Source: Pseudomonadota bacterium
Lineage (GTDB): Bacteria; Bdellovibrionota_B; Oligoflexia; Oligoflexales; CAIYRB01
Reading direction: 5' to 3'
NCBI GenBank assembly: GCA_031416315.1
Contig: JANOTL010000016.1
Location: 1-47,412, forward strand
Length of the DNA: 47,412 nucleotides
How positions within the stretch are numbered: position 1 is the stretch's first letter; each line of letters starts with the position of its first letter. This document shows positions 9,620 to 18,091 of the stretch, one piece after another. The position numbers were made by a program, and so were the translations under genes. The notes under the pieces are model-generated. The model was not told where the DNA came from. It was given only the letters and a program-made list of their open reading frames with translations, and did no database searches.

Positions 9620-10686
9620 TTGGCGGCGCCTTTGGCGAAAATGAGGGAAAGAAGCGCTTTCTGCGCGTGCAGGCGGTTCGCCGCTTGCTGCACCACGCGG
9701 GAGCGCGGACCGTCGAGGACGCCGTCGGCGACGACGACGTTGCGACGGGTCGGGAGACAATGCATGAAGACGCCGCTTTGCGCGGTGCGCTCCATGCTGG
9801 CCTCGCTCACCATCCAGTCCTTCAAGAACGAGCGCAACGCAAGGTCGGCACCGGCGTTGCCGTACAGCTTCGGCGAGGACCAGCTCTTCGCGTAAACGAC
9901 GTGCGCGCCGTCGTGCGCTTCCGCGTGGCGATCGCGGAGCCGCACTTTGCCGCCCGATTTGGCGGCGGCGGCCTCGATTCCCGAGAGCATCTCGGGGGGC
10001 AGCATGTACTCCTCCGGTGCCGCGATCGTGAGATCGGCGCCGCACTGCGCCGCCGCGAGCGCGAACGAATGCGGCACGGCCAATGGCAAGGCCTTCGGAT
10101 GATTCGCCCACACGAGGCTCAGCTTCTTGCCGCGCACATCGCCGAAGAGCTCCTGTACGGTGAGCATGTCGGCCAGAGCCTGGCAGGGATGCTCGGTTGC
10201 CGACTCGAGATTCACCAGCGGTTTTCCGGCGAATTTGTCCCAGGCACCGAGCACGGGCTCTTCCAGGTCCTCGGCGAGCGAGCGGAAGCCGGCGAAGCAG
10301 CGGACGCCGATCGCGGCGCCGTAAGCGCCCAGGACTGGCGCGGCCTCGCGCACGTGCTCGGCGGCGACGCCGTCCATGACGACGCCGTCGCGCAGCTCGA
10401 TGCCCCAAACGCCGCCGCCGGCGCCGATGTCCATGGGCAGGGGCAGGCCGCCTAGCTGATGCACGGCGACCGCCATCGAGGCGCGCGTGCGCAGCGAAGG
10501 ATTGAAGAAGACGAGCGGCATCGCGAGCCCTTGCATCACCGGCTGCGACGGGATGGCCCCCGATTTCAGCGCAGCGGCGTAGCGCAGGAACGCGGCGAAG
10601 GCCTCGGTGCCGAGCGCCTTCGTCGAAAGGAACGAGCGCCCGGCGATCGTCGCGGTCAAAAGCGCGAGATCTTGCGTCTGGGTCAT
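9616..10686 (-). CDS. argF: N-acyl-L-ornithine carbamoyltransferase (ArgF'), residues favour the N-succinyl type
   Basis: FFNPSLRTR, MDGVAAEH, HPCQ, HPKALP, HCLPTRRN: the AOTCase/SOTCase subfamily, not canonical OTCase (STRT / SMG). Confidence 0.92.
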   Translation of the reverse strand: MTQTQDLALLTATIAGRSFLSTKALGTEAFAAFLRYAAALKSGAIPSQPVMQGLAMPLVFFNPSLRTRASMAVAVHQLGGLPLPMDIGAGGGVWGIELRDGVVMDGVAAEHVREAAPVLGAYGAAIGVRCFAGFRSLAEDLEEPVLGAWDKFAGKPLVNLESATEHPCQALADMLTVQELFGDVRGKKLSLVWANHPKALPLAVPHSFALAAAQCGADLTIAAPEEYMLPPEMLSGIEAAAAKSGGKVRLRDRHAEAHDGAHVVYAKSWSSPKLYGNAGADLALRSFLKDWMVSEASMERTAQSGVFMHCLPTRRNVVVADGVLDGPRSRVVQQAANRLHAQKALLSLIFAKGAAK

Positions 10687-10688
10687 GG

Positions 10689-11867
10689 TCAAAGCTCCGA
10701 GCTCAAGGCGACCGCGGCCGCGAGGAAATGCTCGACGTCCCCCGGGGCGAGGGCGAGCGGCGGCAAGAGCCGCATGACGTGGGGATCCGAGGAGGTGCCG
10801 GTCAAGATGCCGCGGGCAAGGAATGCTTTTTGCGCCCGTTTCGCCGGGATGGTCGTGCGCAGGCCGAGCAGAAGGCCGGTGCCGCGCACCGCTTCTACCC
10901 AGGGCAACTCGCAAAGGACGGCGCGCAGGCGAGCGCCGCAGACTTGCGCCAATTCCGGCAGCTTCTCGTCGCGCATGACCTGAACGGTCGCGAGTAGGGC
11001 GGCGCACGCGAGCGGGCCCCCGCCGAAGGTCGAACCGAGGTCGCCGACCGCCAGATGAGCCGAGGTCTTGCGGCTCATCAGCACCGCGGCGATCGGGACG
11101 CCGGAGCCGAGCGCCTTGCCGAGGGTGACGAGATCCGGGACGACGCCGTGGTTGCCCGAGTAGAACCATGTGCCCGTGCGCCCGAGGCCGGTTTGCACCT
11201 CGTCGTAAATCAGGAAGCTGGCATGGGTCTGCGTCAAGGCGCGGAGCCCGACATAGAACTCGGGCGCGGCCTCGACGATGCCCGCCATGCTCTGGATCGG
11301 CTCGAGCAGGACCGCCGCGACGTCGCCCGCGGCGAACGCGGCGCGGACCGCCTCGAGGTCGCCGAACGGCAGGATGTCGTGGAAAGGGACGGCGGGGGCC
11401 GCCATGGCACGGTAGCGCTCGATGCCGCATGCGGAAAGCGCCGCGGCCGTCCGGCCGTGGAAGCCGCCTTCGAACGAAAGGATGCGGCGCTTGCCGCTGA
11501 TCTTGCGGGCGATGCGCATCGCCGCCTCGTTCGCCTCGCTGCCGGAGTTGACGAAGAAGACCTGCTCCATGCCTTCGGGCGCGATGCCGATCAACGCCTC
11601 GGCGGCGCGGGCGCGCGTCTCGTTGTAAACGAGGTTCGAGTAGAAGAGGAGCTCCCCGGCCTGCTTTCTGATCGCTTCGACGACGCGCGGATGGCAATGA
11701 CCGGTGGCCGTGACCGCGTGGCCACCGTAGAAATCGAGGAACTCGCCGCCACCGACGGTCTCGAGCCACGCGCCGCTGCCGCGGGCGGCCGCGAGCGGGA
11801 AACGTTCGTACGTCGGCGCTTGAAAGCGATCCTCGAGCGCGGCGAGTTGAGCAAATGCGTCGTTCAA
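10689..11867 (-). CDS. argD: N-acylornithine aminotransferase (class III PLP)
   Basis: NSGSEANEAA, FHGRT, DEVQTGLGRTG, PDLVTLGKALG. TTG start at 11867 overlaps the argC stop. Confidence 0.92.
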   Translation of the reverse strand: MNDAFAQLAALEDRFQAPTYERFPLAAARGSGAWLETVGGGEFLDFYGGHAVTATGHCHPRVVEAIRKQAGELLFYSNLVYNETRARAAEALIGIAPEGMEQVFFVNSGSEANEAAMRIARKISGKRRILSFEGGFHGRTAAALSACGIERYRAMAAPAVPFHDILPFGDLEAVRAAFAAGDVAAVLLEPIQSMAGIVEAAPEFYVGLRALTQTHASFLIYDEVQTGLGRTGTWFYSGNHGVVPDLVTLGKALGSGVPIAAVLMSRKTSAHLAVGDLGSTFGGGPLACAALLATVQVMRDEKLPELAQVCGARLRAVLCELPWVEAVRGTGLLLGLRTTIPAKRAQKAFLARGILTGTSSDPHVMRLLPPLALAPGDVEHFLAAAVALSSEL

Positions 11868-12847
11868 GCTGGGAAGCCTCCCCAATGCGCGAGGCCTTCG
11901 GTCTCCGGCAGACCGAAGCTCAGGTTCAGGCACTGCACCGCTTGGCCGGCGGCGCCTTTCATCAGGTTGTCCAGGGCGACGAACACCGCGAGGCGACGCC
12001 CCCGGCGCGCCCAGCCGACGTCGGCGAAATTCGACTGGGCCACCCAGGCGACGTCGGGAGAGCCGTCGACCAGGCGCACGAAAGGCTTGCCGCGAAAGCT
12101 TCCCGCGAAAGCCGTGGCGATCTCCTCGTCGGAAGTCGCCGCCGGGATCTGAACGTAGATCGAGGCGAAGATGCCGCGCACGAGCGGGGTCGCGTGCGTC
12201 TGCAGCGACAGCTCGCCGTCCCACGCCGGCGCCACGCGACGGAGCGTCGCGAGGATCTCCGCCTCGTGCTGATGCTGAAGCAGCTTGTACGCGAAGAATC
12301 CGTGCGCACGCTCCGGATGATGCGTCGATTTCCCCGGCGAGGCGCCGGCGCCCGAAGAGCCCGTTTTCGCGTCGACGATCACGTCGCCTAGGAGGAGCCC
12401 CGCGCGCGCCAAAGGATAGAGTCCAAGCTGAATCGCGGTCGCGAAGCAGCCGGGGGCGGCGATTCGCGTTGCGCCGGCCAGCCATTCGCTGTTCACCTCG
12501 GGGAGACCGTAGATCCAGCCGGCGTCGGCGCGGTGGTCGGCGCCGAGGTCGACGACGGTGACGCGCGCCGGCACGCGGCCGACGAGCCTTTGGCTCTCCC
12601 CGTGGGGCAAGGCGAAAAAGACGGCGTCGAGCGCCTCCCACGCGGGAGCGCCGGCCTCGGGAATCTTCTCGATCGTGAGCGCCGACGCCGCCCGCAGGTG
12701 CGGGTGGGCGGCGGCCAATGGCCGGCCGTCGCCCGAGCGCGTGGCGGTCAGCGTCAGCTCGATTTTTGGGTGCGCGAGGAGAAGCCTCGTCAGCTCAGCG
12801 CCACCGTAGCCGGTGACGCCGACGATGCCGGCGCGATGCCTTTGCAT
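11864..12847 (-). CDS. argC: N-acyl-gamma-glutamyl-phosphate reductase
   Basis: GVTGYGG, IYGLPE, APGCFATA, SGAG, LDNLMKGAAGQAVQ. Start 12847 fits the GAGG spacing (alternative 12853). Confidence 0.95.
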   Translation of the reverse strand: MQRHRAGIVGVTGYGGAELTRLLLAHPKIELTLTATRSGDGRPLAAAHPHLRAASALTIEKIPEAGAPAWEALDAVFFALPHGESQRLVGRVPARVTVVDLGADHRADAGWIYGLPEVNSEWLAGATRIAAPGCFATAIQLGLYPLARAGLLLGDVIVDAKTGSSGAGASPGKSTHHPERAHGFFAYKLLQHQHEAEILATLRRVAPAWDGELSLQTHATPLVRGIFASIYVQIPAATSDEEIATAFAGSFRGKPFVRLVDGSPDVAWVAQSNFADVGWARRGRRLAVFVALDNLMKGAAGQAVQCLNLSFGLPETEGLAHWGGFPA

Positions 12848-13905
12848 TGCCATACCTCGATTTTTTCGGTGATCAGGTCGAAAAGTTTCTGGCCCGCGAG
12901 CGCGGCGTTGGCCGCGGGGATGCCGATGCGCGCCTCGACGAAGCGCATCGCCTCGAGGCTGTCAGTCGTCGGACCGGAGATGACGTCGATGGTGACGCCC
13001 CGGGTCTCGAGGTAGGCGGCCGCGCCCCAAGCCCCGACGAAGTCGTTGGCGCAGACGACGATCGCCGCGGTCGCCGCCATCAGGGCCGGGTCGTCGAAAA
13101 GCGGCTCGACGTTGTATTCGCCGAGAAGCCCGTCGCCGAGCTCGACGACGATGACGTCGGGAGCCTCCTCCTGAAGGGTGGAGATGATGGTGCGCGCAAC
13201 GGCCGCCATGTCGGGGACGTCGACCGTCGACGGCAGCCCGCAGTCGTGGAAGCTCATGGTCGCGATCGCGCCATGATCCTCCATGAGCAGAAGGTCGCGC
13301 TTGCAGGCGACGCCGGTGAGCTTCGCCGCGGCGACCCGCTTCCCGCCCGCCGCGAAGCGCCGGATGATCTCGGCGGCGGCGCTGGTCTTCCCTGCGTGCA
13401 TGCAGGTGCCGCCGATCAGGACGAGCGGCACGTGCGGCGAGAACATCGCGGGCGTTGCGGGTGCGTTTTGCGACAGGTTCGCGATCTGGCCGTTCATGAG
13501 CACGCTGCCGACGTAGGTGCCGCCGAGCGGCATCGGCAACCCGCGCTGGCGCCCGCGCAGCTCGCCCATGACGCCGCCGAGGTTCAGAATCGCCAGCTCG
13601 TCGCCGACGGCGAGGTGCGCCGGCACGTCGCCGACGAAGCCTTTGAGCGCGCGCCTTTGGCCGAGGACGCCGACGACGAGGTCGCCGACGCGTACGGCCG
13701 CCATGCGGCCGTTGGGCAGCTCGACGACGCTTTGGCCGCTGGCATCGGTCACGCGCAAAAGGACGAGGTCGCCCGATCGCGGCACGCGCGGCTCCGCGGA
13801 AAGGGACAGGAATGGCGCGGTGAGCACCGTTCCCGCCACGGAGGCGATTTTGTCGGCCCTGAGGAGCAGGGACTGCGCGTCAGTGATGGTCAGGGGGGAC
13901 GCCAT
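12790..13905 (-). CDS. DUF1611-like / BioD-superfamily P-loop protein of unknown function inside the arg operon
   Basis: GGTCMHAGKT P-loop, AAKLTG, DCGLPST, VVELGDG. AGGAGG RBS; overlaps both argG and argC. Confidence 0.8.
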   Translation of the reverse strand: MASPLTITDAQSLLLRADKIASVAGTVLTAPFLSLSAEPRVPRSGDLVLLRVTDASGQSVVELPNGRMAAVRVGDLVVGVLGQRRALKGFVGDVPAHLAVGDELAILNLGGVMGELRGRQRGLPMPLGGTYVGSVLMNGQIANLSQNAPATPAMFSPHVPLVLIGGTCMHAGKTSAAAEIIRRFAAGGKRVAAAKLTGVACKRDLLLMEDHGAIATMSFHDCGLPSTVDVPDMAAVARTIISTLQEEAPDVIVVELGDGLLGEYNVEPLFDDPALMAATAAIVVCANDFVGAWGAAAYLETRGVTIDVISGPTTDSLEAMRFVEARIGIPAANAALAGQKLFDLITEKIEVWQCKGIAPASSASPATVALS

Positions 13906-15115
13906 GGAAGGTGCCTCCTTGGAGCTGCGCGCCGGATTTCAGGCGCAAGGCGGTGAGCTCGATGAACCCGGTCGCTTTCGACTGGTCGTAGACCTCGTCC
14001 TTCTCGAAGGTGGCGAGGGCCGGCGAGAAGAGGCTGAGCGGCGATTTGCGCCCGAGTACCTGGACGCCGCCTTTGTAGAGCTCGAGGCGGACGGTGCCGG
14101 TGACGTTTTTCTGCGTCGCCTGCACGAGGGCCATGACCGCCGCAAACTCCGGCGAGAACCAAAAGCCGTTGTAGATGAGGCCGGCGATGCGGGTCTGCAG
14201 CGAGTCCTTCAACTGCATCGCCTCGCGGTCCATGGTGATCGTCTCCAACGCGCGATGCGCCGCGTGCAGTACGGTTCCCGCAGGCGTCTCGTAAACGCCG
14301 CGCGACTTGATGCCGACGTACCGGTTCTCCACTAGGTCGATGCGGCCGACGCCATGTTTTCCGGCCCGGGCGTTGAGCGTCTCGAAGAGGGCGACGCCTT
14401 GGAGCCGCAGCCCGTCGACGGCGACGGGAAGGCCGGCCGCGAACTCGATCGTCAGCACTTCGCCGGTTTCGGGCGCGGTCTTCGGATCAGCGGTGAGGAG
14501 GCGCATGTCGGGCGGCGGCGCCGCCCACGGATCCTCGAGCACGCCGCCTTCGAAGCTGCAGTGCATTAGGTTGCGGTCGATCGAGTACGGCTTCTCCAGC
14601 GTGGCGCTGACGGGGATCGCGTATTCCTTCGCGTAGGCGATCAGCTCGCTTCTGCCGCGAAAGGGCCAGGTGCGCCAGGGGGCGAGCACCGTGAGCTCCG
14701 GCGCGAGCGCGGCGAACGCGAGCTCGAAGCGGACTTGGTCGTTGCCTTTGCCGGTGGCGCCGTGCGCGACGGCGTCGGCCCCCGTGCGGCGGGCGATCTC
14801 GACCTGACGGCGCGCGATCACGGGCCGCGCCAGCGCGGTGCCGAGCAGGTATTGGCGCTCGTAGACGGCGCCTGCCTGGATCGCCGGCAGAAGGAACTCG
14901 CCCACGAGCTCTTCGCGCAGATCCTCGATGAAGACCTCGCTGGCGCCGGTGGCGAGCGCTTTCTCCCGCAAGCCGTGGAGCTCCTCGGCCTGGCCGACGT
15001 CGGCACAGTAGGCGACGATCTCCGAGCCGTACTCGCGCTTCAGCCAATGCACCATCACGGAGGTGTCGAGACCACCCGAGTACGCGACGACGATTTTTTT
15101 CGGAGCTTTCTGCAT
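13880..15115 (-). CDS. argG: Argininosuccinate synthase
   Basis: AYSGGLDTS, HGATGKGNDQVRF, SIDRNLMH, KSRGVYETP. ATG 15115 follows GGAGG. Confidence 0.97.
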   Translation of the reverse strand: MQKAPKKIVVAYSGGLDTSVMVHWLKREYGSEIVAYCADVGQAEELHGLREKALATGASEVFIEDLREELVGEFLLPAIQAGAVYERQYLLGTALARPVIARRQVEIARRTGADAVAHGATGKGNDQVRFELAFAALAPELTVLAPWRTWPFRGRSELIAYAKEYAIPVSATLEKPYSIDRNLMHCSFEGGVLEDPWAAPPPDMRLLTADPKTAPETGEVLTIEFAAGLPVAVDGLRLQGVALFETLNARAGKHGVGRIDLVENRYVGIKSRGVYETPAGTVLHAAHRALETITMDREAMQLKDSLQTRIAGLIYNGFWFSPEFAAVMALVQATQKNVTGTVRLELYKGGVQVLGRKSPLSLFSPALATFEKDEVYDQSKATGFIELTALRLKSGAQLQGGTFHGVPPDHH

Positions 15116-15144
15116 GTTCGAGGCACCTCCCGTGCCCAAGCGAC

Positions 15145-15564
15145 TCAAAGGAGCTTGAAGATCCGTTTCACGACCGAGGCCTGGTCTTTCTTCGAGGCGA
15201 TGGCGACGAAGATGGTGTCGATGCCGGCGATGGTCCCGAGCAGCCCAGGGATGGCGGCGTTGTCGATCGCGAAGGCCAAGGAGTCGGCGACGCCGGGGCC
15301 GGTGCGCAGCACGATCAGGTTGTCGCCAGCGAGCAGGGCGTCGACGCGCACCCGATCCTCCCCGGCGACGCTGAGCTCAGGCAGCCGGTACTCGCCGTCG
15401 ACCTTCACCACCGCGAGGCGCTTGAGGTCGCGGGAGACGCTCGACTGCGTCGTCTCGTAGCCGGCGGCGGCCAGGGCCGCCTGGATCTCGTCCTGAGACT
15501 TGAGGCCGCCCTTTTTCAGGAGAGCAGTCAAAGCGTCGAGCCGATCTTGGTCGACGGAGCTCAT
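15145..15564 (-). CDS. argR: Arginine repressor
   Basis: SQDEI...[10 protein letters not shown] winged helix and GTIAGIDT arginine-binding motif. Confidence 0.93.
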   Translation of the reverse strand: MSSVDQDRLDALTALLKKGGLKSQDEIQAALAAAGYETTQSSVSRDLKRLAVVKVDGEYRLPELSVAGEDRVRVDALLAGDNLIVLRTGPGVADSLAFAIDNAAIPGLLGTIAGIDTIFVAIASKKDQASVVKRIFKLL

Positions 15565-15578
15565 AATTTCGGCCTCAC

Positions 15579-15628
15579 TTGCATTTTATGCGTATGACCC
15601 GCATAATTGCAAGGTCTATGCGCATAGA
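15579..15628 (-). promoter_or_regulatory. arg operon promoter with ARG-box-like palindromes
   Basis: Minus strand TTGCAA-18 bp-TAAAAT upstream of argR. Overlapping inverted repeat TTGCATTTTATGCG/CGCATAATTGCAA and perfect palindrome TCTATGCGCATAGA (15615-15628) in an AT-rich patch. Confidence 0.6.
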
Positions 15629-16056
15629 TATCACATTGCGGTTGGGACGCAAGGGCTAACTGGAGCGCCGTCGTCGGTTTATAGACAAATTCTGTTTACA
15701 CCGGCCGCGCCAACGCATGCGGCCACGCGGCGTCGCGGCCAAGGACTTGCCCTCCTCCAAGGCGCGGCCGGGCGCGCCGGATTCGTCGCGACCCGGCAAC
15801 TATCCTGGATGACGGCGAAATCCAGGCAGAAGCGCGGCGCCGCCCCGCGAGGTGAAATCGCGCTGGCGGAACGGGCCAAAATTCATGCGGTGCGGGCAGC
15901 GCGCTTTTTCCTGAGCACGCAAGACGCCGATCTCGAAGTCGATTCGGTCGACTTTCACTTTTCGCTCAACTCCTCGCGAAACCGGACCGAGTCCCCCTTT
16001 GTGAATTTCGTGGCTCACCCGCCACAAAAGGCCGCCAACAAACTCTAGAGGACCCC

Positions 16057-17205
16057 ATGATGAAGACCGCACTCAGCACGAAGGTAGCGATCACGCTCGC
16101 AACCTACGCCCTGGCGGCTTCGAGCACTGCGTACGCTGGTTCCCGTGACCAAGCCTTCCGCATGCACAGCCGCTTGGCTGGCGTGCCGCCGACGGCCGCA
16201 GTGCTCGACCAGATGGAAACCCTGATCAACGACGGCAAACTCGAGGACGCCGCGAAGATCGCCATGACCAGCCCCTACTTCTACAACCTGACGCTGAAGA
16301 ACTGGGTCGCTCCCTGGACGAACGAGGACGAATCGGTCCGCGTCGGCCTCAACGACTACTCGGCTACGATCATCGGCATGATCCGGGACGACGTGCCGTT
16401 CAACGAGGTGCTCTCGGGCGACTTCATTTACACCGGCAAAGCCGGCCTCGCCAACGTTCCCGTTTACGCCGCGAACAACAACCTGCACTACGCGGCGCTC
16501 GAGGCCCAGAACATCGACCTGATGGCGAACCTAGAGAAGAAGAGCCAGGTCGGCGTCACCGGCGTCGAGGAGATCGCGGGCGTCATGACCACGCGGGGTT
16601 GGGGCTCCTCCTTCTTCTTCGACGGCACCAACCGCGCCTCGGTCCGCTTCTCCCTGATGACCTACATCTGCAACGACCTCGAGCAACTCGCCGACACCAC
16701 GATCCCCGACTTCCGCGTGCGCCGCGACGTCGACCGCGCTCCGGGCGGCGACTCCTCGGTCTTCCGCAACAAGTGCGCCGGCTGCCACGCCGGTCAGGAC
16801 GGGTTCGGCGGCGCCTTCGCCCACTACGACTTCGTCAACGACGCCGTCGTCTACGACAAGACCAAGGTCCAAGAGAAGATGAACAAGAACAACACGACCT
16901 TTCCGGACGGCTACGTCGTCACCGACGACGGCTGGGTCAACATGTGGCTCACCGGGCAGAACGCCCGCATCGGCTGGAACGGCGAGGCCGCCGGCAACGG
17001 CGCGAACTCCTACGGCAAGATGCTGACCGCGACCGAGGAGTTCCCGGTGTGCATGGCGAAGCGCGTCAAGAGCGTCGTCTGCATGCAGCCGCTGAAGGAC
17101 ATCCGCAACGAAGACGTGTCGATGGCCGCCGACGATTTCAAGGGCGACAACTACAACATGAAAAACCTCTTCGCTCGCACGGCCGCTTCGTGCGCCGGCG
17201 AATGA
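16057..17205 (+). CDS. Exported monoheme c-type protein of unknown function (reminiscent of PSD/DUF1585-type modules)
   Basis: GAGGA RBS, signal peptide ending AYA, RMHSRLAGVPP, CAGCH heme motif, GTNR..R...ICND, strong GC3 codon bias. Confidence 0.8.
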   Translation: MMKTALSTKVAITLATYALAASSTAYAGSRDQAFRMHSRLAGVPPTAAVLDQMETLINDGKLEDAAKIAMTSPYFYNLTLKNWVAPWTNEDESVRVGLNDYSATIIGMIRDDVPFNEVLSGDFIYTGKAGLANVPVYAANNNLHYAALEAQNIDLMANLEKKSQVGVTGVEEIAGVMTTRGWGSSFFFDGTNRASVRFSLMTYICNDLEQLADTTIPDFRVRRDVDRAPGGDSSVFRNKCAGCHAGQDGFGGAFAHYDFVNDAVVYDKTKVQEKMNKNNTTFPDGYVVTDDGWVNMWLTGQNARIGWNGEAAGNGANSYGKMLTATEEFPVCMAKRVKSVVCMQPLKDIRNEDVSMAADDFKGDNYNMKNLFARTAASCAGE

Positions 17206-17228
17206 ACAAGAGAGCGAGGAACCACCCG

Positions 17229-18029
17229 ATGAGCACTACGACCAAATTATTCGCTCTCGCCGCCGCTGCCGCCCTTTACGGCTGCTCGAACGACGACTCC
17301 ACCAACCTGCGCTCGGCCCGCGTCTCGCCCAAGGCTCGCCACGCCGACGCGGTTGTCGCCGAAGGCCAGACCAAAGACCTCGACGTGGGCGCGAAGGACG
17401 AAAAGCAGCAGATCCCGCAGGACACGGCGCACCAAGTCGACCCGACGCCGACGGTCACGGGCACCGGCGATTCCCCGGGCACCGCTTCGCCGGCCGCCCC
17501 CGTGATTCCGGCAGAGAAGCCCGAGGAAGTCTGGAACCCGGCCGTCGGCATGCGCAACTTCCGCCAGATCAACGACGTCATGTCGGTCCTGACCGGCGTC
17601 CCGCGCACCAACGCGAACGTCACGGCGGCCTTCGCGCTCCTCGAGACCGCGCTTCCCGACTCGAACGACATCCGCACCTTCAACGGCTCGCACCAAGTCG
17701 CGATCTCCAAGCTCGCGGTCGAGTACTGTGACGCGATGGTCGAAGATCCGGCGCTCTCCGCCCTCGCCATCCCGGGCTTCAACTTCGCCGCTCTGCCGAA
17801 CGTGGCCTTCGACGCCGCCGGCAAGGCGACCGTCGGCAAGGCGCTCGTCGCGAAGTTCTGGGGCTCCGGTCTGGACTCGCTGCCGCCCGAGGCCGAGCTC
17901 GTCGAGACCTTGTCCGACCTGATCGACGCGGTCGTGGCCGGCAAGGCGAACACGGCAGTGATCACGAAGAACGTCGTCAAGGGTGTTTGCGTGTCGCTCT
18001 TGGCGTCGAGCCAGGTCCTGCTCTACTGA
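17229..18029 (+). CDS. Lipoprotein of unknown function
   Basis: Lipobox LYGC, Pro/Thr linker, helical domain RNFRQIN...KLAVEYC...VCVSLLAS. Start moved from 16599 to ATG 17229. Confidence 0.75.
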   Translation: MSTTTKLFALAAAAALYGCSNDDSTNLRSARVSPKARHADAVVAEGQTKDLDVGAKDEKQQIPQDTAHQVDPTPTVTGTGDSPGTASPAAPVIPAEKPEEVWNPAVGMRNFRQINDVMSVLTGVPRTNANVTAAFALLETALPDSNDIRTFNGSHQVAISKLAVEYCDAMVEDPALSALAIPGFNFAALPNVAFDAAGKATVGKALVAKFWGSGLDSLPPEAELVETLSDLIDAVVAGKANTAVITKNVVKGVCVSLLASSQVLLY

Positions 18030-18091
18030 ACCGGATTCGAACCCACTGAACTAATCTCATCTTGTTTATACGTCTTAGAGGAGCTTCGCAC

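Noticed and set aside
8793..12641. Long N-terminal extensions on argH, argB, argF' and argD in the ORF track, suggesting fusions
   Set aside because: The extensions are Arg/Pro-rich off-frame readings of the upstream gene. True starts sit at stop/start junctions (8792, 9619, 10686, 11867).
15736..15751. Sigma54-like CGGCCAAGGACTTGCC upstream of the heme cluster
   Set aside because: Spacing is right but the -24 match is poor, it is 300 bp from the start codon, and such matches are common in GC-rich DNA.
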